Origin: Anaerolineales bacterium | GTDB taxonomy: Bacteria > Chloroflexota > Anaerolineae > Anaerolineales > Villigracilaceae | Direction of reading: 5' to 3' | Assembly (NCBI GenBank): GCA_020847355.1 | Contig: JADLCG010000055.1 | Location: forward strand, 1 to 35,857 | Length of the DNA stretch: 35,857 bases | Shown here: positions 1 to 9,122 of the stretch, one piece after another | Layout: each line of letters opens with the position of its first letter | How positions within the stretch are numbered: the first letter of the stretch is position 1 | Program-made: the position numbers and the translations under genes | The notes under the pieces: model-generated | The model's database searches: none | What the model was told of the DNA's origin: nothing | What the model saw: only the letters and a program-made list of their open reading frames with translations

Positions 1-458
1 ACGAGTTGCTGAAAGATGTCGCCAATCAAGCCACACACATAGACGCTTCATCCGCCTACTTGAAGATTGCGACTGAAGAAGCTAAGCGTTTAGGACATGG
101 CGAACAAGTTACATTCATTCACGCTGACTTCACCGACGTTGCGGCTGAACTTCCGCAAGTAGATGTAGTGACGCTCGATCGAGTCGTTTGCTGTTACCCA
201 AACATGCGCGAGTTACTAAAAGCCGCTTCATCAAAGAGTCGCAAAGCGCTCGCTATGACCTATCCCCGCGAAGTCTGGTACACAAAGAGCGCCATCGCGA
301 TCATGAATTTCTTTCAGCGTCTCAGAAAAGACCCGTTTCGGGTTTTCGTTCACCCAGTCCATGAAATGGAAGCGCTGTTAAAAAACGAGGGTTTACAACG
401 CGTCGTCACACGCAGATTATTCATTTGGGAAATGGCTTTGTATCAAAGGACAACCTAG
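1..458 (+). CDS. Class I SAM-dependent methyltransferase (BchM-like C-terminal part), 5'-truncated by the window edge
   Basis: ORF 6..458 has motif II-like 'ATHIDAS', 'FIHADF' and 'DVVTLDRVVCCYP'. The motif I GxGxG would lie upstream of the window. Confidence 0.75.
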   Translation, partial: ELLKDVANQATHIDASSAYLKIATEEAKRLGHGEQVTFIHADFTDVAAELPQVDVVTLDRVVCCYPNMRELLKAASSKSRKALAMTYPREVWYTKSAIAIMNFFQRLRKDPFRVFVHPVHEMEALLKNEGLQRVVTRRLFIWEMALYQRTT

Positions 459-514
459 CATTAGCAATATATCCGCAACAATGAAATAGCAAGCCTCGTC
501 AACTAGCTTTTCGA

Positions 515-520
515 TATAAT
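515..520 (+). promoter_or_regulatory. Candidate -10 element (TATAAT) for the cyclase gene
   Basis: Perfect TATAAT just upstream of GGAGG (529-533) and ATG 539. No clear -35 box. Confidence 0.45.
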
Positions 521-538
521 ATTTCCTTGGAGGCAAAT

Positions 539-1156
539 ATGTTCCCTGGCGATTCGCAATTCCAAGAGCTATTGCTAAATTACTCGCAAGAAACCGATTC
601 GGCGCGCCGCAAGAAACTAGAAGAAAAAATCTGGAAATCTTACGGCACTGAAAACACCGTTTTAGTTTTAGATATGTCGGGGTTTTCTCTGCTCACCCGC
701 AAATACGGAATCATTCACTACCTCTCTATGATTCGCAGGATGCAATTAACCGTCGAACCAATTATCGCCAGTCACGAAGGCAAAATCATCAAATTTGAAG
801 CCGACAATTGCTTTGCAATTTTGCCCAATCCGCTTTTAGCGGTGCGCGCCGCCATTACCATTCAGCACGCCTTTTACGCTTCCAACCTGCTCTCCGCAGA
901 CGAATTAGATATTCGCGTCGCCATCGGGATTGACTTCGGAAAAGTGCTCATCGTGAACGATCGCGATATGTTCGGCGAAGCCGTCAACCGCGCCTGCAAA
1001 TTAGGCGAAGACGTTGGCAATGCAAACGATATTCTAATTACAAAGGAAGCCATGGCGTTGATCCCAAAAGAAGCCGAAATTACCGGTCGCTTCATTGACA
1101 TCAGCATCGGAGGGTTGACAATTCCGGCTTACTCCGTATTTTACAAAACTGAGTAG
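539..1156 (+). CDS. Stand-alone class III adenylate/guanylate cyclase domain protein
   Basis: Motifs 'VLVLDMSGFS' (metal Asp), 'KFEADN' (Lys specifier and second Asp), 'RVAIGID.G' and 'DMFGEAVNRACKL'. Start moved to ATG 539 after the GGAGG RBS. Confidence 0.85.
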   Translation: MFPGDSQFQELLLNYSQETDSARRKKLEEKIWKSYGTENTVLVLDMSGFSLLTRKYGIIHYLSMIRRMQLTVEPIIASHEGKIIKFEADNCFAILPNPLLAVRAAITIQHAFYASNLLSADELDIRVAIGIDFGKVLIVNDRDMFGEAVNRACKLGEDVGNANDILITKEAMALIPKEAEITGRFIDISIGGLTIPAYSVFYKTE

Positions 1157-1157
1157 C

Positions 1158-1193
1158 AATAAAAAAGATTGCCGTTTGGCAATCTTTTTTATT
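1158..1193. terminator. Bidirectional intrinsic terminator
   Basis: Perfect inverted repeat AATAAAAAAGATTGCC-gttt-GGCAATCTTTTTTATT between the convergent cyclase gene and gltX. Confidence 0.9.
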
Positions 1194-2668
1194 TATATCT
1201 TTTCCAGAAGTTGAAGCGCAGTTTGGATTCTTTGCAAACATTTCTCGCGCCCAATAATTTCCATTGATTCAAATAACGGCGGGCTGACCTTTTGCCCCGT
1301 CGTGGCGACGCGCAGAATGCCGAAAACTTGATTCGGCGTCAAGCCGGATTCTTCCACATAGGCGCGCAACGCTGGCTCCGCTGTGGCATGGTCAATGGAC
1401 GCCAAGCTTGAGAGAATTTCCAAGCATTTTTTGGCAACCTCAGCCGATTGCTTGGCGTCGAGTCCTTTAGCAATTAAATCTTCCGGAGTCGGCGAAACAT
1501 CTTCTTTGAAGAAGAATGCGCCAAAGGCAAGGCAATCATCCAAAGTGGTCAAGCGCTCGCGGATTAATGGGATAATCTTTTGCAAAACATCATCATTAAC
1601 CTTCAGCCCTTCACGGGTGAAATAAGGCTTGAGGCGGGCTGACAAGTCTTCGGGAGTCAAGCGGCGGATATGCGTCGCGTTGAAATGATCCAGTTTTTGA
1701 AAATTGACCGCGGCGGGCGAGGGCGTCAATGAGTCAATTGAAAAGCGCTCAATCATTTGACTCAGCGTCAGCACGTCGTCTTCGGCTACGCCCCAACCCA
1801 TCAGCGCCGCCCAATTGAGAACGCCTTCCGGAGTGAAGCCTAAATCTTCCATATCTTTGATAAACACGGAATGACCGTCTTTGTTGGCTTCAGCCGAATC
1901 GCGTTTGCTTAATTTGCCCTTGCCGCTTGGCTTTAGAAAAACTGAAAGATGCACCCAAGTCGGCTCTTCCCAGCCGAAGGCGCGGACAATATTCACGTGC
2001 AAGGGAAAAGAGCCTAGCCATTCCGAGCCGCGAATCACGTGCGTGATTTGCATTTCATGGTCGTCCACCATCGCGGCAAGATGATACGTGGGCAAGCCGT
2101 CGGACTTTATCAAAACTTGATCGTTAAGTTGTTTGTTATCGGTGGCAATGTCGCCGCGCAGATGATCGTGCGCGATGGTCACGCCTTCTTGCGCCATCTT
2201 GAAGCGGACGGTATGCGCCTCGCCGTCAGCGCTGCGTTTGGCGGCTTCGGCAGGCGGAATGTTTCGGCAGGTTCCGGCGTAGCGCGGATTCTCCTTACGT
2301 TTCAACTGTTCCTGTCGCGTTTTTTCCAATTGATCCGGCGTGCAAAAACAAGGATAAGCTTTATCGTTATCTATTAATATTTTTGCGTAGCGCTGATAAA
2401 TTTCGCGGCGTTCCGTTTGGCGATAGGGAGCAAACTTTCCGCCAATATCGGGACCTTCGTCATAATCCAGCCCTAGCCAATGCAAGCCGTCAATGATCTC
2501 TTGCTCTGCGCCGGGGATAGTGCGTTTCACATCCGTATCTTCAATGCGTAACAGAAATTGTCCGCCGGTTTGTTTGGCAAGCAAATAAGCGTATAAGGCA
2601 GTGCGGGCGCCGCCGAGGTGTAGATGTCCGGTTGGCGAAGGGGCAAAGCGAGTGCGGGCGGGTTTCAT
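1193..2668 (-). CDS. gltX: Glutamate--tRNA ligase
   Basis: 'RTRFAPSPTGHLHLGGARTA' (HIGH), 'LRIEDTD', Zn-motif 'CFCT...YAGTCR', 'THVIRG.EW', 'KLSKR' (KMSKS) and C-terminal 'SPPLFESM'. Confidence 0.97.
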   Translation of the reverse strand: MKPARTRFAPSPTGHLHLGGARTALYAYLLAKQTGGQFLLRIEDTDVKRTIPGAEQEIIDGLHWLGLDYDEGPDIGGKFAPYRQTERREIYQRYAKILIDNDKAYPCFCTPDQLEKTRQEQLKRKENPRYAGTCRNIPPAEAAKRSADGEAHTVRFKMAQEGVTIAHDHLRGDIATDNKQLNDQVLIKSDGLPTYHLAAMVDDHEMQITHVIRGSEWLGSFPLHVNIVRAFGWEEPTWVHLSVFLKPSGKGKLSKRDSAEANKDGHSVFIKDMEDLGFTPEGVLNWAALMGWGVAEDDVLTLSQMIERFSIDSLTPSPAAVNFQKLDHFNATHIRRLTPEDLSARLKPYFTREGLKVNDDVLQKIIPLIRERLTTLDDCLAFGAFFFKEDVSPTPEDLIAKGLDAKQSAEVAKKCLEILSSLASIDHATAEPALRAYVEESGLTPNQVFGILRVATTGQKVSPPLFESMEIIGREKCLQRIQTALQLLEKI

Positions 2669-2680
2669 TTTTTAGGCTTC

Positions 2681-4177
2681 CTAAGGCTTATTGGTTGGCT
2701 TACCATGGCTTTGCGCCAAGTTGCGCGCCAAATTCACAGTCGCCTCACTGCCAACTGTATGAAGCAAAGCCATATTCGGCGTGCGCATTGCGCCCACTGG
2801 ATAGCCGCAAACCAAAACGATTTGCTGTCCGGGTTGCAACGTTCCGGAGGCGAGCAAGGCGGCATCTACGCCCGCGAGCATTTCTTCTAACGTATTGGCG
2901 TAACGCGCAAGATGCGGCTTTACGCCCCATAAAAAAGCGAGTTGATTGTAAGTTTCAAGAGTCGGCGTGAACGCTAAAATCTGTTTCTCGGGGCGCGCTT
3001 TTGAAATAAGCCAAGCGGAATGGCCCTGCATGGTAAATACCGAAACCGCGGAAACGTCGGAATCATGCGCCAGTTCGTTTGTGGCGCGCGCCATAGAAGC
3101 GGCGTCGCTATGACCAAGCCCAACGCGGCTATCCTGCCGACTCCCCCACTGCCAAAAGTTAGATTCGGCTTCCACGACAATGCGCGCCATCATGGAAACA
3201 GCTTCCACCGGATATTCACCGGAAGCCGTTTCAGCAGAAAGCATGACGGCGTCTGTGCCGTCAAAAATAGCATTGGCAACGTCTGAGGCTTCTGCGCGGG
3301 TTGGGATCGGGTTTTGAATCATCGACTCGAGCATTTGCGTGGCGGTAATTACCAATTTAGCGCGCGCATTCGCCGAGTAGATAATATGTTTCTGAAGCGG
3401 CGGCACGCGTTCAGGGGGAAGTTCCACGCCCAAATCGCCGCGCGCTACCATCACGCCATCCACCACGTCTAAAATATCTTCAAGTTCTGTCAGAGCTTCC
3501 GGCTTTTCCAACTTGGCAATCAAGAATGGGATACGTTTACCTTGAGCAAATTCAACCATCGCGGCGCGGACAACTTTCACATCTTCAGCGCTGCGCACAA
3601 AGGAGATCGCCACCGCATCCACGCCTTGAGACATGCCAAATTCAAGGTCGGCTTTATCTTTATCCGTAAAGCCTGAAATCCGCAGTTTCACGCCCGGGAG
3701 ATTAATGCCCTTGTGCGAGGATAAAGAACCGCCCACCAACACTTTTGCCTTGACCACGCGCCCCTGCGCCGAAGAAACCTGAAGCGCTAAACGCCCGTCA
3801 TCGAGCAACAACTGATCGCCCACATGCACTGCGTCAAAGAGTTCGCGGAAATCTACGGGGAGCAGTTGTTCGGTAGTTTGAGGCGGCGTATCTTCAGTGG
3901 CATACAAGCAGACTTGCTCATCCACTGCCAATTGCACCGGAGCATTCAATTTACCAAAGCGGATCTTAGGTCCCTGCAAATCCTGCAGGATGCCGACGGG
4001 AGTATTCAATTTCTTGGAAATTTTACGAATTGTGGCGACACGGCTGGCGTGTTGATCGTGCGTGCCGTGTGAAAAATTCAGCCGCGCAACATTCATACCG
4101 GCTTTAATTAGTTTTTCTAGCTTCTCCTCAGAATCCGAAGCCGGTCCAATCGTGGCGACAATCTTTGCCCTGCGCAT
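2681..4177 (-). CDS. pyk: Pyruvate kinase
   Basis: 'KIVATIGPAS', 'ARLNFSHG', 'DLQGPKIR', 'MVARGDLGVE', 'ATQMLESM', 'PTRAEASDVANA', 'DAVMLSAETA'. Start placed at ATG 4177, preceded by AGAAGGAAGAG. Confidence 0.97.
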   Translation of the reverse strand: MRRAKIVATIGPASDSEEKLEKLIKAGMNVARLNFSHGTHDQHASRVATIRKISKKLNTPVGILQDLQGPKIRFGKLNAPVQLAVDEQVCLYATEDTPPQTTEQLLPVDFRELFDAVHVGDQLLLDDGRLALQVSSAQGRVVKAKVLVGGSLSSHKGINLPGVKLRISGFTDKDKADLEFGMSQGVDAVAISFVRSAEDVKVVRAAMVEFAQGKRIPFLIAKLEKPEALTELEDILDVVDGVMVARGDLGVELPPERVPPLQKHIIYSANARAKLVITATQMLESMIQNPIPTRAEASDVANAIFDGTDAVMLSAETASGEYPVEAVSMMARIVVEAESNFWQWGSRQDSRVGLGHSDAASMARATNELAHDSDVSAVSVFTMQGHSAWLISKARPEKQILAFTPTLETYNQLAFLWGVKPHLARYANTLEEMLAGVDAALLASGTLQPGQQIVLVCGYPVGAMRTPNMALLHTVGSEATVNLARNLAQSHGKPTNKP

Positions 4178-4279
4178 AATATATCTCTTCCTTCTCGTTA
4201 TAAAATTAACCCATCCAGAACAGATGGGCAATGGATAATAAAGCCTCCCAAATCTACAGCTTCATCCCAAAACTTACCG

Positions 4280-4308
4280 ATGATAGGTAAAAAATGAAGG
4301 TCTGTCAA
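4280..4308 (-). promoter_or_regulatory. sigma70-type promoter for pyk(-gltX)
   Basis: Minus strand reads TTGACA-17 nt-TATCAT. Confidence 0.75.
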
Positions 4309-4342
4309 GATGGGAAAAACCTATTATAGGCTTAACAGCCAA

Positions 4343-4376
4343 AGCGGCACAGGGTTACGCCAGACCCTGCGCCGCT
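4343..4376 (-). terminator. Hairpin downstream of the CoA-transferase gene (weak terminator or 3' stabilising stem)
   Basis: Minus strand AGCGGCGCAGGGT-8 nt loop-ACCCTGTGCCGCT, followed by only a short U run. Confidence 0.55.
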
Positions 4377-4388
4377 CGAAAGCGCTTA

Positions 4389-5699
4389 TTAGGCGTAGTT
4401 CAGTTCTTTCGCCTGCCTGAGTAAGTCTTCCCGAAATTGAGGGTGCGCCACACTGATCAGCGCTTGCGCGCGCTGTCGAATCGTCTTCCCGTATAAATCC
4501 GCAATGCCGTATTCCGTCACGACGAAGCGCACATGATTCCGCGTGGTGACTACGCCCGCCCCGGGTTTCAGCATTGGAACAATCTTACTAAGCATAGTTC
4601 CATCCCGCAGAGTAGCGGAACTTGGCAAGGCGATAATTGGCACGCCGCCCCGAGAGCGTGACGCGCCGTAGATAAAGTCAAGTTGACCGCCCGCGCCGCT
4701 ATAAAGTTTAGTTCCGATGCTATCGGCGCAAACCTGACCGGTCAAATCCACTTCAATCGCCGAGTTGACCGCCACCATACGTTCGTTTTGGGCGATGACA
4801 AACGGGTCGTTCACATACTCAGTTGGGTGCATTTCGATCATTGGGTTGTCGTCAATCCAATCATATAAACGCTTCGTTCCAAGCACAAAGCCAGCCACAA
4901 TTTTTCCAGGATGCAAAGATTTTCTAGCGTTGGTCAATACGCCCAGATTGACCAGATCAATCACGCCCTCAGAAAACAATTCGGAATGAATGCCTAAATC
5001 CTTCTTCTGATGTAAAAATTTCAAAACCGCATCCGGGATTGAGCCAATCCCCAATTGCATGGTCGCGCCATCTGGAATCAACGAGGCGACATAGCCGGCG
5101 ATTTTCTCAATAACCTGCGAATCGCCGTCTGCGGTCATCTTGTGCTCAGGGATCGGGTAATTTACCGGAACAATATGCGTTAAGCGGCTAATATGGATAA
5201 AAGCATCGCCCAAAGTTCGCGGCATTTGTTCGTTCACTTCCGCAATGATAATTTTTGCAGATTCTGCCGCCGATTTCGTCAAGCCAACTTCTACGCCAAA
5301 GCTACAAAACCCGTGCTCGTCAGGCGTGGAGACGTGCACAACCGCGACATCCAACGGGAGCGCGCCATTTTTGAAAAGCAAAGGAAATTCAGAAAGCAAC
5401 ACGGGCGTAAAATCCGCATGGCCCGCTTGAACCGCCTTACGAATATTCGCGCTAATAAACATGGAATTGACGCGCAGATGACCAGCCATTTGCGGGCTGA
5501 CATAATCGGCAGAACCAACCGTCAACGCCTGACAAATTTCCACGTTAGAAAGTTGAGGCGCATATTCCACCAAAGCCGCCAATAACGTCTGCGGAACAGA
5601 AACATTACCGGTCAAAAAGATGCGCTCTCCAGATTTAATTACTTTGACGGCTTCCTGCGCCGTAGTCACCCGCGATTGATAAAGGTTTGCAATCGTCAT
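4389..5699 (-). CDS. Acetyl-CoA hydrolase/transferase family protein (4-hydroxybutyrate CoA-transferase-like)
   Basis: 'DGATMQLGIGSIPD', 'GIHSELFS' with the catalytic Glu, 'NSAIEVDLTGQVCAD', 'SGAGGQLDF', 'VVTEYGIADL.GK', 'AHPQFR'. Confidence 0.92.
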   Translation of the reverse strand: MTIANLYQSRVTTAQEAVKVIKSGERIFLTGNVSVPQTLLAALVEYAPQLSNVEICQALTVGSADYVSPQMAGHLRVNSMFISANIRKAVQAGHADFTPVLLSEFPLLFKNGALPLDVAVVHVSTPDEHGFCSFGVEVGLTKSAAESAKIIIAEVNEQMPRTLGDAFIHISRLTHIVPVNYPIPEHKMTADGDSQVIEKIAGYVASLIPDGATMQLGIGSIPDAVLKFLHQKKDLGIHSELFSEGVIDLVNLGVLTNARKSLHPGKIVAGFVLGTKRLYDWIDDNPMIEMHPTEYVNDPFVIAQNERMVAVNSAIEVDLTGQVCADSIGTKLYSGAGGQLDFIYGASRSRGGVPIIALPSSATLRDGTMLSKIVPMLKPGAGVVTTRNHVRFVVTEYGIADLYGKTIRQRAQALISVAHPQFREDLLRQAKELNYA

Positions 5700-5703
5700 T
5701 TTA

Positions 5704-6789
5704 TTAGCCCGCCCGCGAATTCAAACGCGCTAAGTTTCGGATCTTACCGTCAAACGTATTGACCGCAACTTCCAGAGCCGGATATTGCCGCAGAGCCTCA
5801 ACCATGCCCAAATTGGCAATCGCTAAAATGTAGGGAAGCGCCGCATTCAAAAACGCATGGCTGGAAGCGCGCCCCACAACGCCGGGGATGTTCGGCACAC
5901 AGTAATGAATCACGCCTTCTTCAATGAAAATAGGGTTTTCATGCGTTGTCGGGCGCGAAGTTTCTATGCACCCGCCTTCGTCAATGCTCACGTCTATAAT
6001 CACGGAGCGCGGCTTCATCGCGCGCACCATCTCGCGCGTGACCACAATCGGCGCGCGTTGCCCGCTCACCAAAACCGCGCCGATAAGCACATCCGCATAG
6101 GCAGTGGCGCGCTCTATATTTCTCTTTGTCGAAATCATTGTAACCACGCCGGGCAATTGTTCGGCAAGTTTTTCCAGCTTTTCAATTTTTTCATCCAATA
6201 CGGTTACATGCGCGCCAGCGCCCACTAAAGCTTTAGCGGCAGAAAATCCCACTGCTCCGCCGCCAATAATCACAACCTCCGCCGGAGGAACTCCGGGCAG
6301 TCCGCCCAGTAAAATTCCTTTGCCGCCGCAATCATTTTGCAGGAAGCGCGCCGCGATTTGCGGAAGTAGCGCCCCGCAGATCCAGCTAAAGGGCTGTAAA
6401 ACCAACAGCCTGCCGTCTTGATCCGCAATTTGCTCATACGCCAAGGCCGTGATCTTTTTTTCAAGCAGTGAATCAATTTGATCTTGCGAGCAAGAAGGCA
6501 AATGCAATAAGCCGGCTAAAATCGAACCGGGCGTGAGGTATTCAATTTCCCGCTTTAGCGGACGGGAAATCTTCAGCACAAAATTTGCCCGCCCAAACGC
6601 CTCCTCCGCAGAATAGACGATGCGCGCGCCAACCTTTTCATATTCGTGATCGTGAAAGCCAGAGCCCAGCCCCGCCTCATGCTGAACGAAAACCTGATGC
6701 CCGCTCTGAACTAAAATCTCTGCCCCAGCCGGAGAAAGCCCCACGCGGTATTCAAAAGCTCGGCTTTCTTTGGGAATGCCAATATCCAT
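5704..6789 (-). CDS. ald: Alanine dehydrogenase-family protein with an atypical active site
   Basis: 'IGIPKE...EYRVGLSP', 'GKGILLGGLPGVPPAEVVIIGGGAVG', 'DVSIDEGGCIETSRPTTH', 'HYCVPNIPG'. GGAGG RBS. The canonical KVKEP reads KISRP. Confidence 0.85.
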   Translation of the reverse strand: MDIGIPKESRAFEYRVGLSPAGAEILVQSGHQVFVQHEAGLGSGFHDHEYEKVGARIVYSAEEAFGRANFVLKISRPLKREIEYLTPGSILAGLLHLPSCSQDQIDSLLEKKITALAYEQIADQDGRLLVLQPFSWICGALLPQIAARFLQNDCGGKGILLGGLPGVPPAEVVIIGGGAVGFSAAKALVGAGAHVTVLDEKIEKLEKLAEQLPGVVTMISTKRNIERATAYADVLIGAVLVSGQRAPIVVTREMVRAMKPRSVIIDVSIDEGGCIETSRPTTHENPIFIEEGVIHYCVPNIPGVVGRASSHAFLNAALPYILAIANLGMVEALRQYPALEVAVNTFDGKIRNLARLNSRAG

Positions 6790-6912
6790 ACGCTAGACCT
6801 CCATCATTAACTACATTAATACAAGCTGGATCAGCTTAGGTCTAAAGTATATTCACAACCCCCAATTCGCGCAGGTTTCAAAGATCACCCCTTCTATATG
6901 ACATGTCTCAAC

Positions 6913-7821
6913 TTATTTTTCAGGCGTTCTAAATTTCTTCCAATATCGCGCCAAACCGTCTGCGCTCATGCCTAGCGGGTTCGCCAACTGAAACGATTCG
7001 ACAACATCCGCGCTTAAAGCTTCTTCACGCGCTTGCGTCTCCATCCAGCGCGTAAATTCTTCGCGCAATTCTTCAATGGAAGGGTTCTTCGGCATTACGC
7101 CTTCCAGCCAATTTTCTGCCGCATCTAAATTCTTTTGCAGGCTTTGCAAATGCCAAGCCGCATCGTCATAGATTCCAAAGTGCGTTGGCGCAATGCGCTT
7201 AAATTTCAGGGCTTGCAAGCGCTGAATGCTCGCCCGCCATTTGCCAAAATGCAGTTCAGGCGGCGGCATCGGCGCGCGCAAATATGGGAAGCCGGGGATG
7301 CGTACTCCGCCTACATCGCCGCTAAAGCACAGGTCTTCAAAGAGATAAGCATAATGATGATCGGCATGACCCGGCGTGTTGACTGGTAAAAAATTCAAAT
7401 TGCCGATTGAAATTTCTTCCGCATCCTTCGGGACTTTGAGTTGATTCTGCTCTACGGGCAGAAACTCACCCCAAAGCATTTCCATCCGCTCGCCATAAAT
7501 GCGGGTTGCGCTGGCGATCAATTTTTCCGGGTTGAGCAAATGCGCCGCACCATTGGGATGCACATAAATTTCAGCGCCCTGTCTGGAAAGCCAGCCGGCC
7601 GCGCCGGCATGGTCCAGATGGATATGCGTTAGCAGTACATGGGTAATGTCACGGGGAGATAAGGCTAGGTTCGCCAGAGCCGCCGTCAGCGCAGGAAGGG
7701 TCGAGCCGGGTCCGCTTTCAATTAAGACAATCGCATCCTTTCCCCGCATCAAATAGGAAGCAATCGCTTGAGGTTTATTTTGAAAATTCAAATCAATTGT
7801 GACGATGTTGGAGTTTGCCAT
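6913..7821 (-). CDS. MBL-fold metallo-hydrolase
   Basis: 'THIHLDHAG' (HxHxDH), 'TPGHADHH', 'FSGD' and 'PTHFG'. Confidence 0.92.
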   Translation of the reverse strand: MANSNIVTIDLNFQNKPQAIASYLMRGKDAIVLIESGPGSTLPALTAALANLALSPRDITHVLLTHIHLDHAGAAGWLSRQGAEIYVHPNGAAHLLNPEKLIASATRIYGERMEMLWGEFLPVEQNQLKVPKDAEEISIGNLNFLPVNTPGHADHHYAYLFEDLCFSGDVGGVRIPGFPYLRAPMPPPELHFGKWRASIQRLQALKFKRIAPTHFGIYDDAAWHLQSLQKNLDAAENWLEGVMPKNPSIEELREEFTRWMETQAREEALSADVVESFQLANPLGMSADGLARYWKKFRTPEK

Positions 7822-9119
7822 TTTTTTAAATCCCGTGGAGCGAGGTCAGAAACAAAATGCGAAAGAACTTGCGAAAGCTCGGCGTTGCAATTCACCAAAC
7901 AAACTGGCGCGCGCCTTTCTCGCAAAGCTATGAGGGTTTGATCGGCAGTTTGTGCGCCGCCAAACGAGGCAGGTTCAAGTAAAACGACGATTGGGCGTAA
8001 ATACCTTTTGCGTAATTCTTCCACTGCAAATAATAATTCCGGTTTTATGTTGGAGGTGATCAAGACAATGCTTGAGCCTTGCGGAATTTGGGAGGCTTGC
8101 GCGGAAGTCAAAGCCAGCAACGAGAGCGCGCTGTTCGCTTCCATGAAAGCCAGCGTTTCCAAAATTTTTACTTCTTGGCGTTCGCTTCTTTCGGCAGGGT
8201 GAACGATATAATTTTCGCCAGCGCCTTGCGCCGCGCTGACAAAACCAACTGCGCGGCGTTGCGAAAGAAAATAATGCGTCAGTGAAGCGGCGATGCTAAT
8301 TGCGTATTCAAAAGCGGCGGGCGGTAAAGTGAATTTTGGCTTTCTGCCAAACAACATAGCCTCCACCGGAATTGAAGTTTGCTCGTGCGGCTGGGTTGGG
8401 TAAACGCCTTTTTGGGCGTCTAAAAAAAGCCATACTTCCGCTTGCGGGTCTTGTTCAAATTCTTTGACGATCAAACGGTTGCGCCGCAGGCTAGAGGGCC
8501 AATGAATCCGCTTGATCGCGTCGCCGTGAACGTATTCGCGCACGCCCGCGGCATGGGGCGTAATATCCGCCGATTTTCTGCGAATCACTTGTCCGCCGGG
8601 CAATAAGCCGGGCGGAAAAACAAACGAACTCACTTCAAATAACATTGGCAGAACCACCAAAGTTTGCCGCGCCGGAAATTCTTTTTCATAACGGAAGAAT
8701 CCAAAAGGGTCGCCGACCGAAACGCGGGTTGGTCCAAGCGTAAAAGCGCCGCGCTTGGTAAGCCAAGTGCGCGCGTTATACTGTCTTTTCTGTTTGCCGA
8801 CAAACGCAGTCAATATACGCGAGCCGGAAGCAAACGGGAGATTCGTAGCGTTGATCACCTCCACCCACGGCGCCATCAAACGGCTGTGATTAACCAGATC
8901 GTAATTTTCTTCAAATATATCGCCGACATTTGCGCGTTGCACACGCGAACTTCTATTCAATTGAAAGGAGCGCCCTATCCAATAAGTCCACAAGGAACTG
9001 CCAATAACGAGAAAAAGCCCAAGGTAGAAAAAGCGCGAATAAATTGCCGAGCCGTTGAAGATAATGCCAATCAGCCCGATCAAGATCAAAGCCGCGAGCA
9101 ACATGCGCCCAGATTTCAT
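7788..9119 (-). CDS. DUF58 domain membrane protein (MoxR partner)
   Basis: Two N-terminal TM helices, 'DPFGFF', 'GVREYVHGDAIKRIHWPSS' and 'VKEFE'. Lies directly downstream of moxR. Confidence 0.9.
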   Translation of the reverse strand: MKSGRMLLAALILIGLIGIIFNGSAIYSRFFYLGLFLVIGSSLWTYWIGRSFQLNRSSRVQRANVGDIFEENYDLVNHSRLMAPWVEVINATNLPFASGSRILTAFVGKQKRQYNARTWLTKRGAFTLGPTRVSVGDPFGFFRYEKEFPARQTLVVLPMLFEVSSFVFPPGLLPGGQVIRRKSADITPHAAGVREYVHGDAIKRIHWPSSLRRNRLIVKEFEQDPQAEVWLFLDAQKGVYPTQPHEQTSIPVEAMLFGRKPKFTLPPAAFEYAISIAASLTHYFLSQRRAVGFVSAAQGAGENYIVHPAERSERQEVKILETLAFMEANSALSLLALTSAQASQIPQGSSIVLITSNIKPELLFAVEELRKRYLRPIVVLLEPASFGGAQTADQTLIALRERRAPVCLVNCNAELSQVLSHFVSDLAPRDLKKWQTPTSSQLI

Positions 9120-9122
9120 GGG

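Noticed and set aside
1-458. bchM as evidence of phototrophy
   Set aside because: The ORF is truncated, shows only generic methyltransferase motifs and has no other bch genes nearby.
539-1156. Pycsar/CBASS-like defence cyclase
   Set aside because: There is no adjacent effector gene, a terminator follows immediately, and the specificity residues look like an ATP-using cyclase.
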